Source: a virus (Duplodnaviria > Heunggongvirae > Uroviricota > Caudoviricetes > Straboviridae). Taken from it: a DNA stretch of 23,739 bases. Of the stretch, positions 1-7,300 are shown piece by piece. The notes under the pieces were generated by a model. It ran no database searches, was not told where the DNA came from, and saw only the letters and a list, made by a program, of their open reading frames with translations. The translations under genes and the position numbers were made by a program. The number at the start of each line of letters is the position of its first letter. The stretch's first letter is position 1. The stretch covers positions 1 to 23,739 of the IMG/VR virus record IMGVR_UViG_638275429_000001, one strand, 5' to 3'.

Positions 1-2118
1 TTAACGAGCCCGGATAAATTCAATATCTTGCATGATTTCAGGAGTTAATTCTATATCGCTCATCGCAACAGCGTACAAAAGAGGATATTTTGATTGAATC
101 TTGTTGATAGCATCGGTAAAGCGTTCAAAATATTCAACGTTGATATCATGAATCTTCGCTTTCATATCGTGGTATGCCTGGAATGCAGGGTTATTACCTT
201 CGATCCAATCAACGATTTCAGCCAGATGATCGTCATTCTGCTTATCAAAAACTCTGGTAATTTCAACGTCGAAAAGATTGAACTTTTTCAGACGCAAGGC
301 TGTTCCGAGGTCTTCGTCGTTTACATATGGGCATTCGCCATCCAAAACATCAAATTGCTCGACATTTTCCATCAGCTTTTCATACATCCACATGAAACCA
401 CATTGCAGATTTGATTTCATAGCAGCAGAACGTTTTCCGTTCTCAATGATGTATACTTCTTCAACACCCTGGGCAAAAAGAGAATCAATAGCATGTCGAT
501 TCATATTACCCGACGGTTTAAGAGAAATCCTGTCGTAGGTGTCACCGTATGAAATAATGCCAACACCTTCAAGTTCGCGAATTTCATTCGTGCTCAAACA
601 AAGCAGCTCGACTTGGCGCAGATCGCATTCATCAATATAGACACGACGAACATTCGGCTTTACCGGTTTCGGACCAGCGTCTTTGCGCTTTTTGATCGTG
701 TAAGCCTTGCGAATATCGACCATTTCGCTGAACTTCAATATGTGCCGTTCATGTGGTTCGAACTTCTCGCATATTGCTGAAATCTTTTTGCCGAAAGCTG
801 CATATTCAGATTTTTTCAGTTTATGCGTTTTGTCGAGAACAACGACCGGAATCGAGTTATTGATATGGTTGTGGTATGCTTTAACCATATTCGGAACACC
901 TTCACCAGTATCATTTATCAGCACATGTACTTTGCGACGTTCAAGGCCAAAGACGCTTTGGCTGTCGATCATGGAAGTTCTCCATGAATAGCCAGATCGA
1001 GTAAATTGCCTTTTGAGCGAACCGTTGCGATAGCTATAAACCGGGATTTCAGAAAGCTTCGACATATCAGTGTAACGCTTGACAATGCTTCCGATAAGCT
1101 CGCCACCAATTTCGAGGTCCGCAATAGCGTTAACGACGTATGAGTTGTATTTCTTCGTCTTTATCGCCGCATCGCGTTTATCGGTAATACCTTCAAATTC
1201 TTTCTTGACTGTATTGGCAAACGATTGTGAAAACTTTTTCATTCGCTCGACCAAATAATCTTCAGTTTGTTTATCGAGCGAGAGTTCTTCACGAGATGGA
1301 GCAATATCGAGTTCGCCGATTGGGAACTTCATATAAGCCGCTCGGCCAGAATACTTGAAAACCATGTCACTGCTGATCAAACGCTCTGGAATTGGGTAAA
1401 CTACGCCGCCAATAATAGCAAATGCTTGGCCAGAACGACCGAAGTCATCATTGAAGAAGAATTCTTCTTCGTCCGGGAATTCCTGGATTGAGATGATATC
1501 GCCGTTGGTGATATTCGGCTTGCAACGGTCGAAAGCCCGATATACTTTAGCTGCGAGAATCTTCCAACGAGCGTGTTCATGAGCTGGAATCGGAACTTGA
1601 ATCTCTAAGCCATCAGCTTCAGTCGTTGCAGTAGTTGACATCGGAGTTGAGAAAGGTTCGCCATCGTCCATATACATATTGTAGACGGTGCAGGTGCCAT
1701 TCTGATAGCTCTTAACGGTGAAACCACCGCCAGTTTCGCTATATGCGAACGGAGATTTACAACCAAGACCAAAGCCTCCAATTGAATCGTTTGACTCATC
1801 TTTCGTTGACGCGAAATAAACGGTGAAAATGTCATCAATTTGCTCAGGACTCAGCCCAGAGCCATAATCGCGGATAACAAACCATGGATAAATTGAGGTT
1901 GGCAGTGTCACGTCAAAAGGAATATGGGCTTTTCCCATCTCGCAATGGATATCTACCGCGTTACACGAAAGCTCTCGCAATACCGCTTCAGCTTTATCCT
2001 TGTACAATTTGTCTGATAAAACCCGAAAAGCTTTTTTACCGGCGGTGATCTTGAAACCAGTTCGCTTTTTCGGCGCATTACCAAACATTGCATCATCTTC
2101 ATTACTAGACATTATCAT
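1..2118 (-). CDS. rIIA: rIIA protein (GHKL/HSP90-like ATPase N-terminus; T4 lysis-inhibition/anti-Rex family)
   Basis: N-terminus matches recalled T4 RIIA motifs (F.ITA..K.F..LSD.LY..K..AV.REL..N; RDYGSG; SIGGFGLG.KSPFAY); GGAG SD upstream; stop at 1-3. Confidence 0.93.
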   Translation of the reverse strand: MIMSSNEDDAMFGNAPKKRTGFKITAGKKAFRVLSDKLYKDKAEAVLRELSCNAVDIHCEMGKAHIPFDVTLPTSIYPWFVIRDYGSGLSPEQIDDIFTVYFASTKDESNDSIGGFGLGCKSPFAYSETGGGFTVKSYQNGTCTVYNMYMDDGEPFSTPMSTTATTEADGLEIQVPIPAHEHARWKILAAKVYRAFDRCKPNITNGDIISIQEFPDEEEFFFNDDFGRSGQAFAIIGGVVYPIPERLISSDMVFKYSGRAAYMKFPIGELDIAPSREELSLDKQTEDYLVERMKKFSQSFANTVKKEFEGITDKRDAAIKTKKYNSYVVNAIADLEIGGELIGSIVKRYTDMSKLSEIPVYSYRNGSLKRQFTRSGYSWRTSMIDSQSVFGLERRKVHVLINDTGEGVPNMVKAYHNHINNSIPVVVLDKTHKLKKSEYAAFGKKISAICEKFEPHERHILKFSEMVDIRKAYTIKKRKDAGPKPVKPNVRRVYIDECDLRQVELLCLSTNEIRELEGVGIISYGDTYDRISLKPSGNMNRHAIDSLFAQGVEEVYIIENGKRSAAMKSNLQCGFMWMYEKLMENVEQFDVLDGECPYVNDEDLGTALRLKKFNLFDVEITRVFDKQNDDHLAEIVDWIEGNNPAFQAYHDMKAKIHDINVEYFERFTDAINKIQSKYPLLYAVAMSDIELTPEIMQDIEFIRAR

Positions 2119-2124
2119 TTAGTG

Positions 2125-2388
2125 TCACTCCACAATTTCAAAATACTGGCGCTCTCCAAACAGAACCCAGGCGGTATCATCGTCGTCTTCGTCATCGGCA
2201 GCATGATATTTCCCAGTCAAAGGAACATCTTCGTCAAGGATGAGTATACTTGCTTCATCGTCATAGACATGAGCATCGTATTCGCATTCCCACCAGTCAG
2301 TTCCCATTTTATCAGCGATCCATTGGTTGCAATCGTGACGTCGGGCAAACATGGCTTTGTGATCTTCAGACTTAAAACGGATTTTCAT
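2125..2388 (-). CDS. Hypothetical 87-aa protein, GoF/ComC-alpha-like small-domain family
   Basis: Starts MKIRFKSEDHKAMF, ends ERQYFEIVE; SD AGGTGA; same pattern as ORFs at 3072, 3340 and 3874. Confidence 0.75.
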   Translation of the reverse strand: MKIRFKSEDHKAMFARRHDCNQWIADKMGTDWWECEYDAHVYDDEASILILDEDVPLTGKYHAADDEDDDDTAWVLFGERQYFEIVE

Positions 2389-2403
2389 AATATATCACCT
2401 TAT

Positions 2404-2670
2404 TCAATATTGAACTTCAGCTTTCATTTTTTCGATCATTTCATCGATAACGTTCGGGATATTTGCACCGAAAAGGTTTGCTTCATGAACGATCCCGCTT
2501 GCGCACAATACGCCCATATCTCTACGGCTTGCTTGACCAATGCGTAAGCGTTCAAGCGGCCCAGATACGTTTTCAGTCAGTTCGTCAGCGTGTTGCTGAT
2601 CACCCATGAAGCGAATGTTGATGCGACAAACGCGTTCGAGTGCATTGTTTAGTTCTTCATACAGGGTCAT
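2404..2670 (-). CDS. Hypothetical 88-aa early protein
   Basis: Strong SD GGAGG 5 nt before ATG, directly behind an early promoter. Confidence 0.75.
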   Translation of the reverse strand: MTLYEELNNALERVCRINIRFMGDQQHADELTENVSGPLERLRIGQASRRDMGVLCASGIVHEANLFGANIPNVIDEMIEKMKAEVQY

Positions 2671-2696
2671 ATGACCTCCACAGTTAGTTCATGCCT

Positions 2697-2726
2697 ATAA
2701 TAACATGAAAGAACATTATAGTAAAC
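2697..2726 (-). promoter_or_regulatory. T4-type early promoter
   Basis: GTTTAC-18-TATTAT with TG extension; -10 flanked by TTCATG/CATGAA inverted repeat. Confidence 0.8.
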
Positions 2727-2747
2727 AGTCATTTTGAATATTTTTGG

Positions 2748-3006
2748 ATTAACCAGATGAATTCTGGTTAATAGGGGACACTCGTTTGAATGTATCATTG
2801 AACAACTATCTGGACTCCCAGGTTTGGCTCTGCCAAACTAGCATTTTATCCTTTAAGGCCTAATAGATTATATAACCTAAGGGATAAATTCGAGCAAAGC
2901 TCGAAGGCGAAGCCAATATGTTGTTATACAAAAATGCCGGACTCGAGGTCCGGCCAATATGCAACTGTTGAACTAGTTAACGAGCGAGCTCGTCGGCCGA
3001 GGGCCG
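2748..3006. other. Non-coding cluster of short inverted repeats (candidate structured RNA or DNA origin)
   Basis: Stems read directly at 2748-2772, 2822-2838, 2845-2888, 2889-2905, 2906-2914, 2936-2954, 2980-2993 and 2994-3006; GCCAATATG direct repeat at 2912 and 2953; no ORF of 60 aa or more. Confidence 0.6.
2930..2954 (-). terminator. Putative intrinsic terminator
   Basis: GCCGGAC-ctcga-GTCCGGC followed by ATTTTTG on the minus strand. Confidence 0.55.
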
Positions 3007-3068
3007 TTCTTTCTTGTTCAAGTTTCTTATTCTCAGTCAACTTGTAAAATCAACGGACCGGGTACCGG

Positions 3069-3076
3069 TATTTATA
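3069..3076 (-). promoter_or_regulatory. T4 late (gp55-type) promoter consensus
   Basis: Exact TATAAATA on the minus strand, overlapping the stop codon of ORF 3072-3338 and pointing into the hairpin cluster. Confidence 0.5.
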
Positions 3077-3338
3077 CTCCCGGTCGGTCATCCCGGAAAT
3101 CGAAGAACATGGCTTCAGATGCAGAAATCGAATCGAACAGATCGCCGTTGATATAGATGTCATGCCAACCGCTGAAGATCCCACCCTTAAGTGGCTTAAC
3201 ATCGAACTCGACCATGCCGAATTTCTTGGCAATACGCCAGTTGTTGTTGCTGCCGTCGCTGTTATTGGTAGCCCATTCCTTCTCGCCTTGATCGATGAAC
3301 GCACGCTTTGCTTCTACGGATTTGAATTTTGCTTTCAT
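3072..3338 (-). CDS. Hypothetical 88-aa protein, GoF/ComC-alpha-like family
   Basis: FKSVEAKRAFI...N.RIAKKFGMVEF.V...ISASEAMFFDF resembles recalled T4 GoF (FKNKQAQENFI...NGIYARRLGMEPFKI...LSTNEAGFFDEV); SD AGGAG. Confidence 0.8.
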   Translation of the reverse strand: MKAKFKSVEAKRAFIDQGEKEWATNNSDGSNNNWRIAKKFGMVEFDVKPLKGGIFSGWHDIYINGDLFDSISASEAMFFDFRDDRPGV

Positions 3339-3339
3339 T

Positions 3340-3801
3340 TTATTCTCCTACAACGTTAAACCAGGTTTCAAATTCTTCGCGAGAAATAGTAACACCATAG
3401 CTTTTTCCGCGTTCGAGGTAATAGGTGTCATTCTCGACCTTGACATCGACTTCACAACCATAATAGTTGTCAAGGAAATCTATGTTGCAATGTTGGCCGC
3501 GAATACGATTACAGAAGTGGTAGTAATGGTGACCACTTTTGATTTTGGCTTTCATTTCCATAAGCTCGATGTCGAAGAATTTCTCTTCACTTTCGATAAT
3601 GCACAAGTTATCGTCATCATGATCGGTAAGATTCAGGTGGCTCAAAGCATCGACCAGATAAAAACGACCATCATCCTGGTCTTTGACAAGATAAACGTTG
3701 CGATAGTCGATCAGATACATGATGACAGCATTGATACTGCGGAAACGTTCTACAAAGACTTCTCGCGACACATCAGGCTTAAATTGGACACTGTATTTCA
3801 T
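3340..3801 (-). CDS. Hypothetical 153-aa protein with two tandem GoF-like domains
   Basis: Domain 1 MKYSVQFK...ESEEKFFDIE; domain 2 MKAKIKS...SREEFETWFNVV; SD GGAG. Confidence 0.75.
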   Translation of the reverse strand: MKYSVQFKPDVSREVFVERFRSINAVIMYLIDYRNVYLVKDQDDGRFYLVDALSHLNLTDHDDDNLCIIESEEKFFDIELMEMKAKIKSGHHYYHFCNRIRGQHCNIDFLDNYYGCEVDVKVENDTYYLERGKSYGVTISREEFETWFNVVGE

Positions 3802-3830
3802 AGCAACTCCGTTTTGTTTAACTTGAGGCT

Positions 3831-3859
3831 ATAGTAAACCATAGCCCCAAGAATGTAAA
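3831..3859 (-). promoter_or_regulatory. Early promoter
   Basis: TTTACA-17-TACTAT; -10 inside GGGGCTAT/ATAGCCTC inverted repeat; leader CAAGTTAAAC shared with the denV promoter. Confidence 0.8.
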
Positions 3860-3873
3860 ATGTTTTCTTCGAC

Positions 3874-4125
3874 TTATTTCACTTCATCGAAAAAGTGGAA
3901 CATTTCTTCATCATCGAATGTGATACCGCCGCCACCTTCTTCTTCCGGCAATTCGATCTTTTTACCGTTAGCGTCGACCAGCATGTAACCAACCAACTTG
4001 TTGCTGTCATATTTTGCCCAAAATTCGTCTGGCATGTGCTTCGAGAAACTCTCATTGTACCACTCGCTTTCGGCGAATTTTTTACGATGCTCTTCAGATT
4101 TGAAGCGAATACGTTTGATTGTCAT
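3874..4125 (-). CDS. Hypothetical 83-aa protein, GoF/ComC-alpha-like family
   Basis: RIRFKSEEHRKKF...N...EEMFHFFDEV; SD GAGG; first gene after an early promoter. Confidence 0.8.
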   Translation of the reverse strand: MTIKRIRFKSEEHRKKFAESEWYNESFSKHMPDEFWAKYDSNKLVGYMLVDANGKKIELPEEEGGGGITFDDEEMFHFFDEVK

Positions 4126-4148
4126 GATTAACCCTCTGCTTTAAGTAT

Positions 4149-4188
4149 TTGATGGATTCATTCTATACATTTCGATGGTGGTGTAAAC
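4149..4188 (-). promoter_or_regulatory. Early promoter of terminator-promoter cassette
   Basis: A/T-rich UP tract, GTTTAC-17-TAGAAT, CATCAA 5 nt downstream of the -10. Confidence 0.85.
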
Positions 4189-4225
4189 TGTTTTGTGAAA
4201 AAGATTTCAATAAAAACAACAAAGG
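4182..4225. repeat. Direct repeat copy 1 (terminator tail + UP element + -35)
   Basis: tgtaaactgttttgtgaaaaagatttcaataaaaacaacaaagg, identical to 10006-10048 except for one A. Confidence 0.9.
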
Positions 4226-4242
4226 CCTCCGAAGAGGCCTTT
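4211..4242 (-). terminator. Intrinsic terminator after gene 39+60
   Basis: AAAGGCCTC-TTCG-GAGGCCTTT then GTTGTTTTT; C(UUCG)G tetraloop typical of T4 terminators. Confidence 0.9.
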
Positions 4243-4245
4243 TCG

Positions 4246-6072
4246 TCATTGAGACATCCATTCTTTACGGAGAGCTGCGTCATCACCCAGCAGCATCTCG
4301 AACAACTCTTCCCAATCATCACCAAGGTCGACGATATCATAGTTGGGGTTGTTGACCACATCAGAGTATTCATGCTCTCGAAGTGAACCCAGACCTTTGA
4401 TGTATCGCAAATCCCAACCTTTGTAATCCTTCTTTTCTTTTTCGAATTCAGTTAGTGTGTAGAACCATTTGGTGTTCTTACCTTTGTTGAGGATAACAAC
4501 TGGCGTTTTGACGAATCGAACCGAACCTTCATCAAACAGCTTTGGCCATCGAGCGAAGAAAGCAAGCAAACAGGGGTAAATAGAACCTTGACCATCCGGG
4601 TCAGCATCCGTCATGATTGCAATGTTCTTATACTTGCGCTGGCTGATGTCGTCTGGGTTCGCCAAATCGAGACCTGTGATAGCGCAAATATCCGACAATT
4701 CATTGTTCTTCAGAACATCCGAACCTTTCATACCCCACGTGTTCATGACCTTGCCGCGCAATGCGTAACCACCATGGAGGTTTTCGTCTTTGACCTTCAA
4801 TAGGTAACCAATCGCCGATTCACCTTCAGTCAGGAACAATGTGGTCTCAATATCGTTCCGGCCCCATTCACCAGCTTTAATGTGCTTAGCGCAGTTGGTT
4901 TTTGCTGCTGCTTTCTGGGCTTTTGTCATTGCAGCTTTTTCGGCTGCCAGATGTCGTGCAAGAGCGGCTTCAATGATCGGTTGCAAGATTGCATCAGTGT
5001 TCATTATCTGTTTGGATAATTTCTTAAAGTCAAGGTCAAAGTGCGATTTGACTTCACCTGCCGGATTAGTGAGGCGCTCTTTGGTTTGCGAATCGAATCG
5101 GAGGTTTGACATTCCGCGAACGACTACAACCATTGTTAAGCATTCTTTAACACGAGCTTTGCTGATTTCGATCTTATGCTTTTTCTTGATCGCTGGCATA
5201 AGTTCTTCAGAAATCCCATCAACCAGATAATCGATATGCGAACCACCGTTCTTGATGTTCAGACCGTTAACATAACTAACCTGACGGAATCCTTCAGGAG
5301 AATTACAGATTGCAATACTGAATCTATCACTTTCGACGATGAGCGACTCATCACCAAACATCTTTGCATAATCAGCAAATTTCATCGACGCGATTTGGCC
5401 GTTGATTGTGAATTTGATTTGCGGGAATACGACAGACAATGCGGTAATACGGTCGGAAATGATATCGATTATTTGTTGGTCGATTGTTCGGCCTTCAAAG
5501 TGCTTTTCATCAGGGATGAAATATACCGACGTTCCTTTGATTTTACCTGGCTTTGTTTCCCAATCAATATTACTCGCACCTTCAGAGCAAGTGACGGTGA
5601 GAAAATTCTTGCCATCGCAAGTTTCTCCAATAAATTTCTTCGAGAAGAAGTTGGTGAGAGATGAACCAACACCATTCATACCCATAGACACACGATTGGT
5701 GTCGTCGAAGTTTGAACCAGCCATCGTCTGAGTCCATGCCGCGACAGGTTTTGGCATCTCGCCATCTGGTGTTTCGACCATTGACTGTGGAATGCCGCGA
5801 CCGTTATCTACTACGGTTACAGAACCCTCAAGCAAATCAAAGCGAATATCAATCTTATTTGCAAATTTAAAATCAGTACGAATGCCTTCGTCAACAGAGT
5901 TGTCAATAATTTCATCGATGATTTTTACCAGACCTGGCACATAAGAAACTGATTGGAATTTGCCGAAAAGGAATCGCTCATGCGGTTCGTAAGCAACTGA
6001 ACCAACATACATATTCGGACGGAGGATTACATGCTCTCGTGGTGTTAGTACTTTGAATTCATCAGACATCAT
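4246..6072 (-). CDS. 39: Type II DNA topoisomerase large subunit, fused gp39+gp60 (GHKL ATPase + Toprim)
   Basis: HVILRPNMYVGS, EIIDNSVDE, DNGRGIP, GMNGVGS ATPase motifs; TEGESA, LRGKVMN, MTDADPDG Toprim motifs in one uninterrupted 608-aa ORF. Confidence 0.96.
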   Translation of the reverse strand: MMSDEFKVLTPREHVILRPNMYVGSVAYEPHERFLFGKFQSVSYVPGLVKIIDEIIDNSVDEGIRTDFKFANKIDIRFDLLEGSVTVVDNGRGIPQSMVETPDGEMPKPVAAWTQTMAGSNFDDTNRVSMGMNGVGSSLTNFFSKKFIGETCDGKNFLTVTCSEGASNIDWETKPGKIKGTSVYFIPDEKHFEGRTIDQQIIDIISDRITALSVVFPQIKFTINGQIASMKFADYAKMFGDESLIVESDRFSIAICNSPEGFRQVSYVNGLNIKNGGSHIDYLVDGISEELMPAIKKKHKIEISKARVKECLTMVVVVRGMSNLRFDSQTKERLTNPAGEVKSHFDLDFKKLSKQIMNTDAILQPIIEAALARHLAAEKAAMTKAQKAAAKTNCAKHIKAGEWGRNDIETTLFLTEGESAIGYLLKVKDENLHGGYALRGKVMNTWGMKGSDVLKNNELSDICAITGLDLANPDDISQRKYKNIAIMTDADPDGQGSIYPCLLAFFARWPKLFDEGSVRFVKTPVVILNKGKNTKWFYTLTEFEKEKKDYKGWDLRYIKGLGSLREHEYSDVVNNPNYDIVDLGDDWEELFEMLLGDDAALRKEWMSQ

Positions 6073-6089
6073 ATTTCCTCATAATAATG

Positions 6090-6127
6090 GGTAGTGACAT
6101 TATATCACTACCTGTCATACAGTTAAC
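6090..6127 (-). promoter_or_regulatory. Promoter for gene 39+60 with palindromic -10 region
   Basis: GTTAAC-17-TATAAT; TATAAT sits in the loop of a perfect 8-bp repeat GGTAGTGA/TCACTACC; SD GAGG follows. Confidence 0.7.
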
Positions 6128-6129
6128 AA

Positions 6130-7299
6130 TTACTGCTTTGCGCACTCAAGAATATGCATGATTTTTATCGTGATGTCGTAAAAATCCGATTCAACCCATC
6201 CACGAGTAGTCATTGCCGGAGAACCGATCCGGATGCCTGAAGTTTCAACAGGTGATCGGGTGTCGTTGGGAAGCATATTTTTGTTAACGATTATGCCTTC
6301 TTTTTCCAACAGCTGTTCAGCTTCTCGACCAGTCAAGCCGAAGCTCTCGTAGGTGTTTAACAAGACCTGGTGGTTCTCGGTAAAGCCAACTAGCTTATGA
6401 CCAGCAGCGTCAAAAGTCTCATACATTATGGATGCATTATGGGCCACTTGAATCATGTAATCGACATAGTCTTCGCGGAGAGCTTCACCAAAACAAACTG
6501 CTTTCGCTGCGATAACATGAAGAAGCGGGCCGCCTTGAATACCCGGGAAGATAGCAGAATTTACTTTCTTGGCGATATCAGCATCGTTAGTAAGAATGAG
6601 GCCACCACGAGGGCCGCGCAAAGTTTTATGAGTTGTAGTAGTAACAACGTCGGCACCCCATTTGAGTGGATTAGCGTGAAGACGAGCAGCAACAAAGCCA
6701 GCAAAATGGGCCATATCGACCATCAATTTGGCTCCAATTGAATGAGCTGCATCAGCGATTTTCGCATAGGTGGCTTCATTGATTCGGCCAACATAAGCTG
6801 AATACCCGATTACGACAAGCTTGAGGTCCGGGATGGTTCGAATCTGCTCAACCACTTGGTTAATGTTGATCGTACCATCGCTGAATACTCCATAATGATG
6901 GAAATCGTATATCTTGCCCGAAGCATTCGCTTTGTGCCCGTGAGTGAGATGGCCGCCGCAGTCCAAGGACATAGCGAGAACCGAATCACCCGGCTTCAGG
7001 AGTGCTTGGTAAACTGCCTGGTTTGCTTGTGAACCGGAATGAGGTTGAACGTTTGCGAAATTGCAACTAAACAGTTCTTTAGCACGCTCAATTGCCAGGT
7101 TCTCGATTTCATCGGCTTTTACGCAGCCGCCATAATACCGTTTGCCCGGATATCCCTCAGCATACTTGTTGGTAAAAATAGAACCCTGTGCTTTCATAAC
7201 ATCGTCTGACACATAGTTTTCGGACGCAATCAAGCAAACTTCGCAGTATTGACGCATTGCTTCATCTTCGATAATAGATTGCACAACTTTATCTTGCAT
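6130..7299 (-). CDS. glyA: Serine hydroxymethyltransferase (PLP-dependent)
   Basis: Hallmark motifs intact: LIASEN, NKYAEGYPGKRYYGGC, NVQPHSGSQAN, GGHLTHG, DMAH, TTTTHKTLRGPRGG (PLP lysine), FPGIQGGPL, NKN, SGIRIGSPAMTTRG; SD AAGGA. Confidence 0.97.
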   Translation of the reverse strand: MQDKVVQSIIEDEAMRQYCEVCLIASENYVSDDVMKAQGSIFTNKYAEGYPGKRYYGGCVKADEIENLAIERAKELFSCNFANVQPHSGSQANQAVYQALLKPGDSVLAMSLDCGGHLTHGHKANASGKIYDFHHYGVFSDGTININQVVEQIRTIPDLKLVVIGYSAYVGRINEATYAKIADAAHSIGAKLMVDMAHFAGFVAARLHANPLKWGADVVTTTTHKTLRGPRGGLILTNDADIAKKVNSAIFPGIQGGPLLHVIAAKAVCFGEALREDYVDYMIQVAHNASIMYETFDAAGHKLVGFTENHQVLLNTYESFGLTGREAEQLLEKEGIIVNKNMLPNDTRSPVETSGIRIGSPAMTTRGWVESDFYDITIKIMHILECAKQ

Positions 7300-7300
7300 T

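Noticed and set aside
2748-3060. tRNA genes in the hairpin region
   Set aside because: No cloverleaf, T-loop GTTCRA with matching acceptor stem, or CCA arrangement could be built
4158-4386. ORFs 4158-4373 (-), 4149-4355 (+) and 4195-4386 (+)
   Set aside because: They run across a terminator and promoter cassette and the end of gene 39+60; no coding support
4246-6072. Fused 39+60 without the 50-nt bypass or mobA as a novelty
   Set aside because: This is the common state in T4 relatives; T4 itself is the exception
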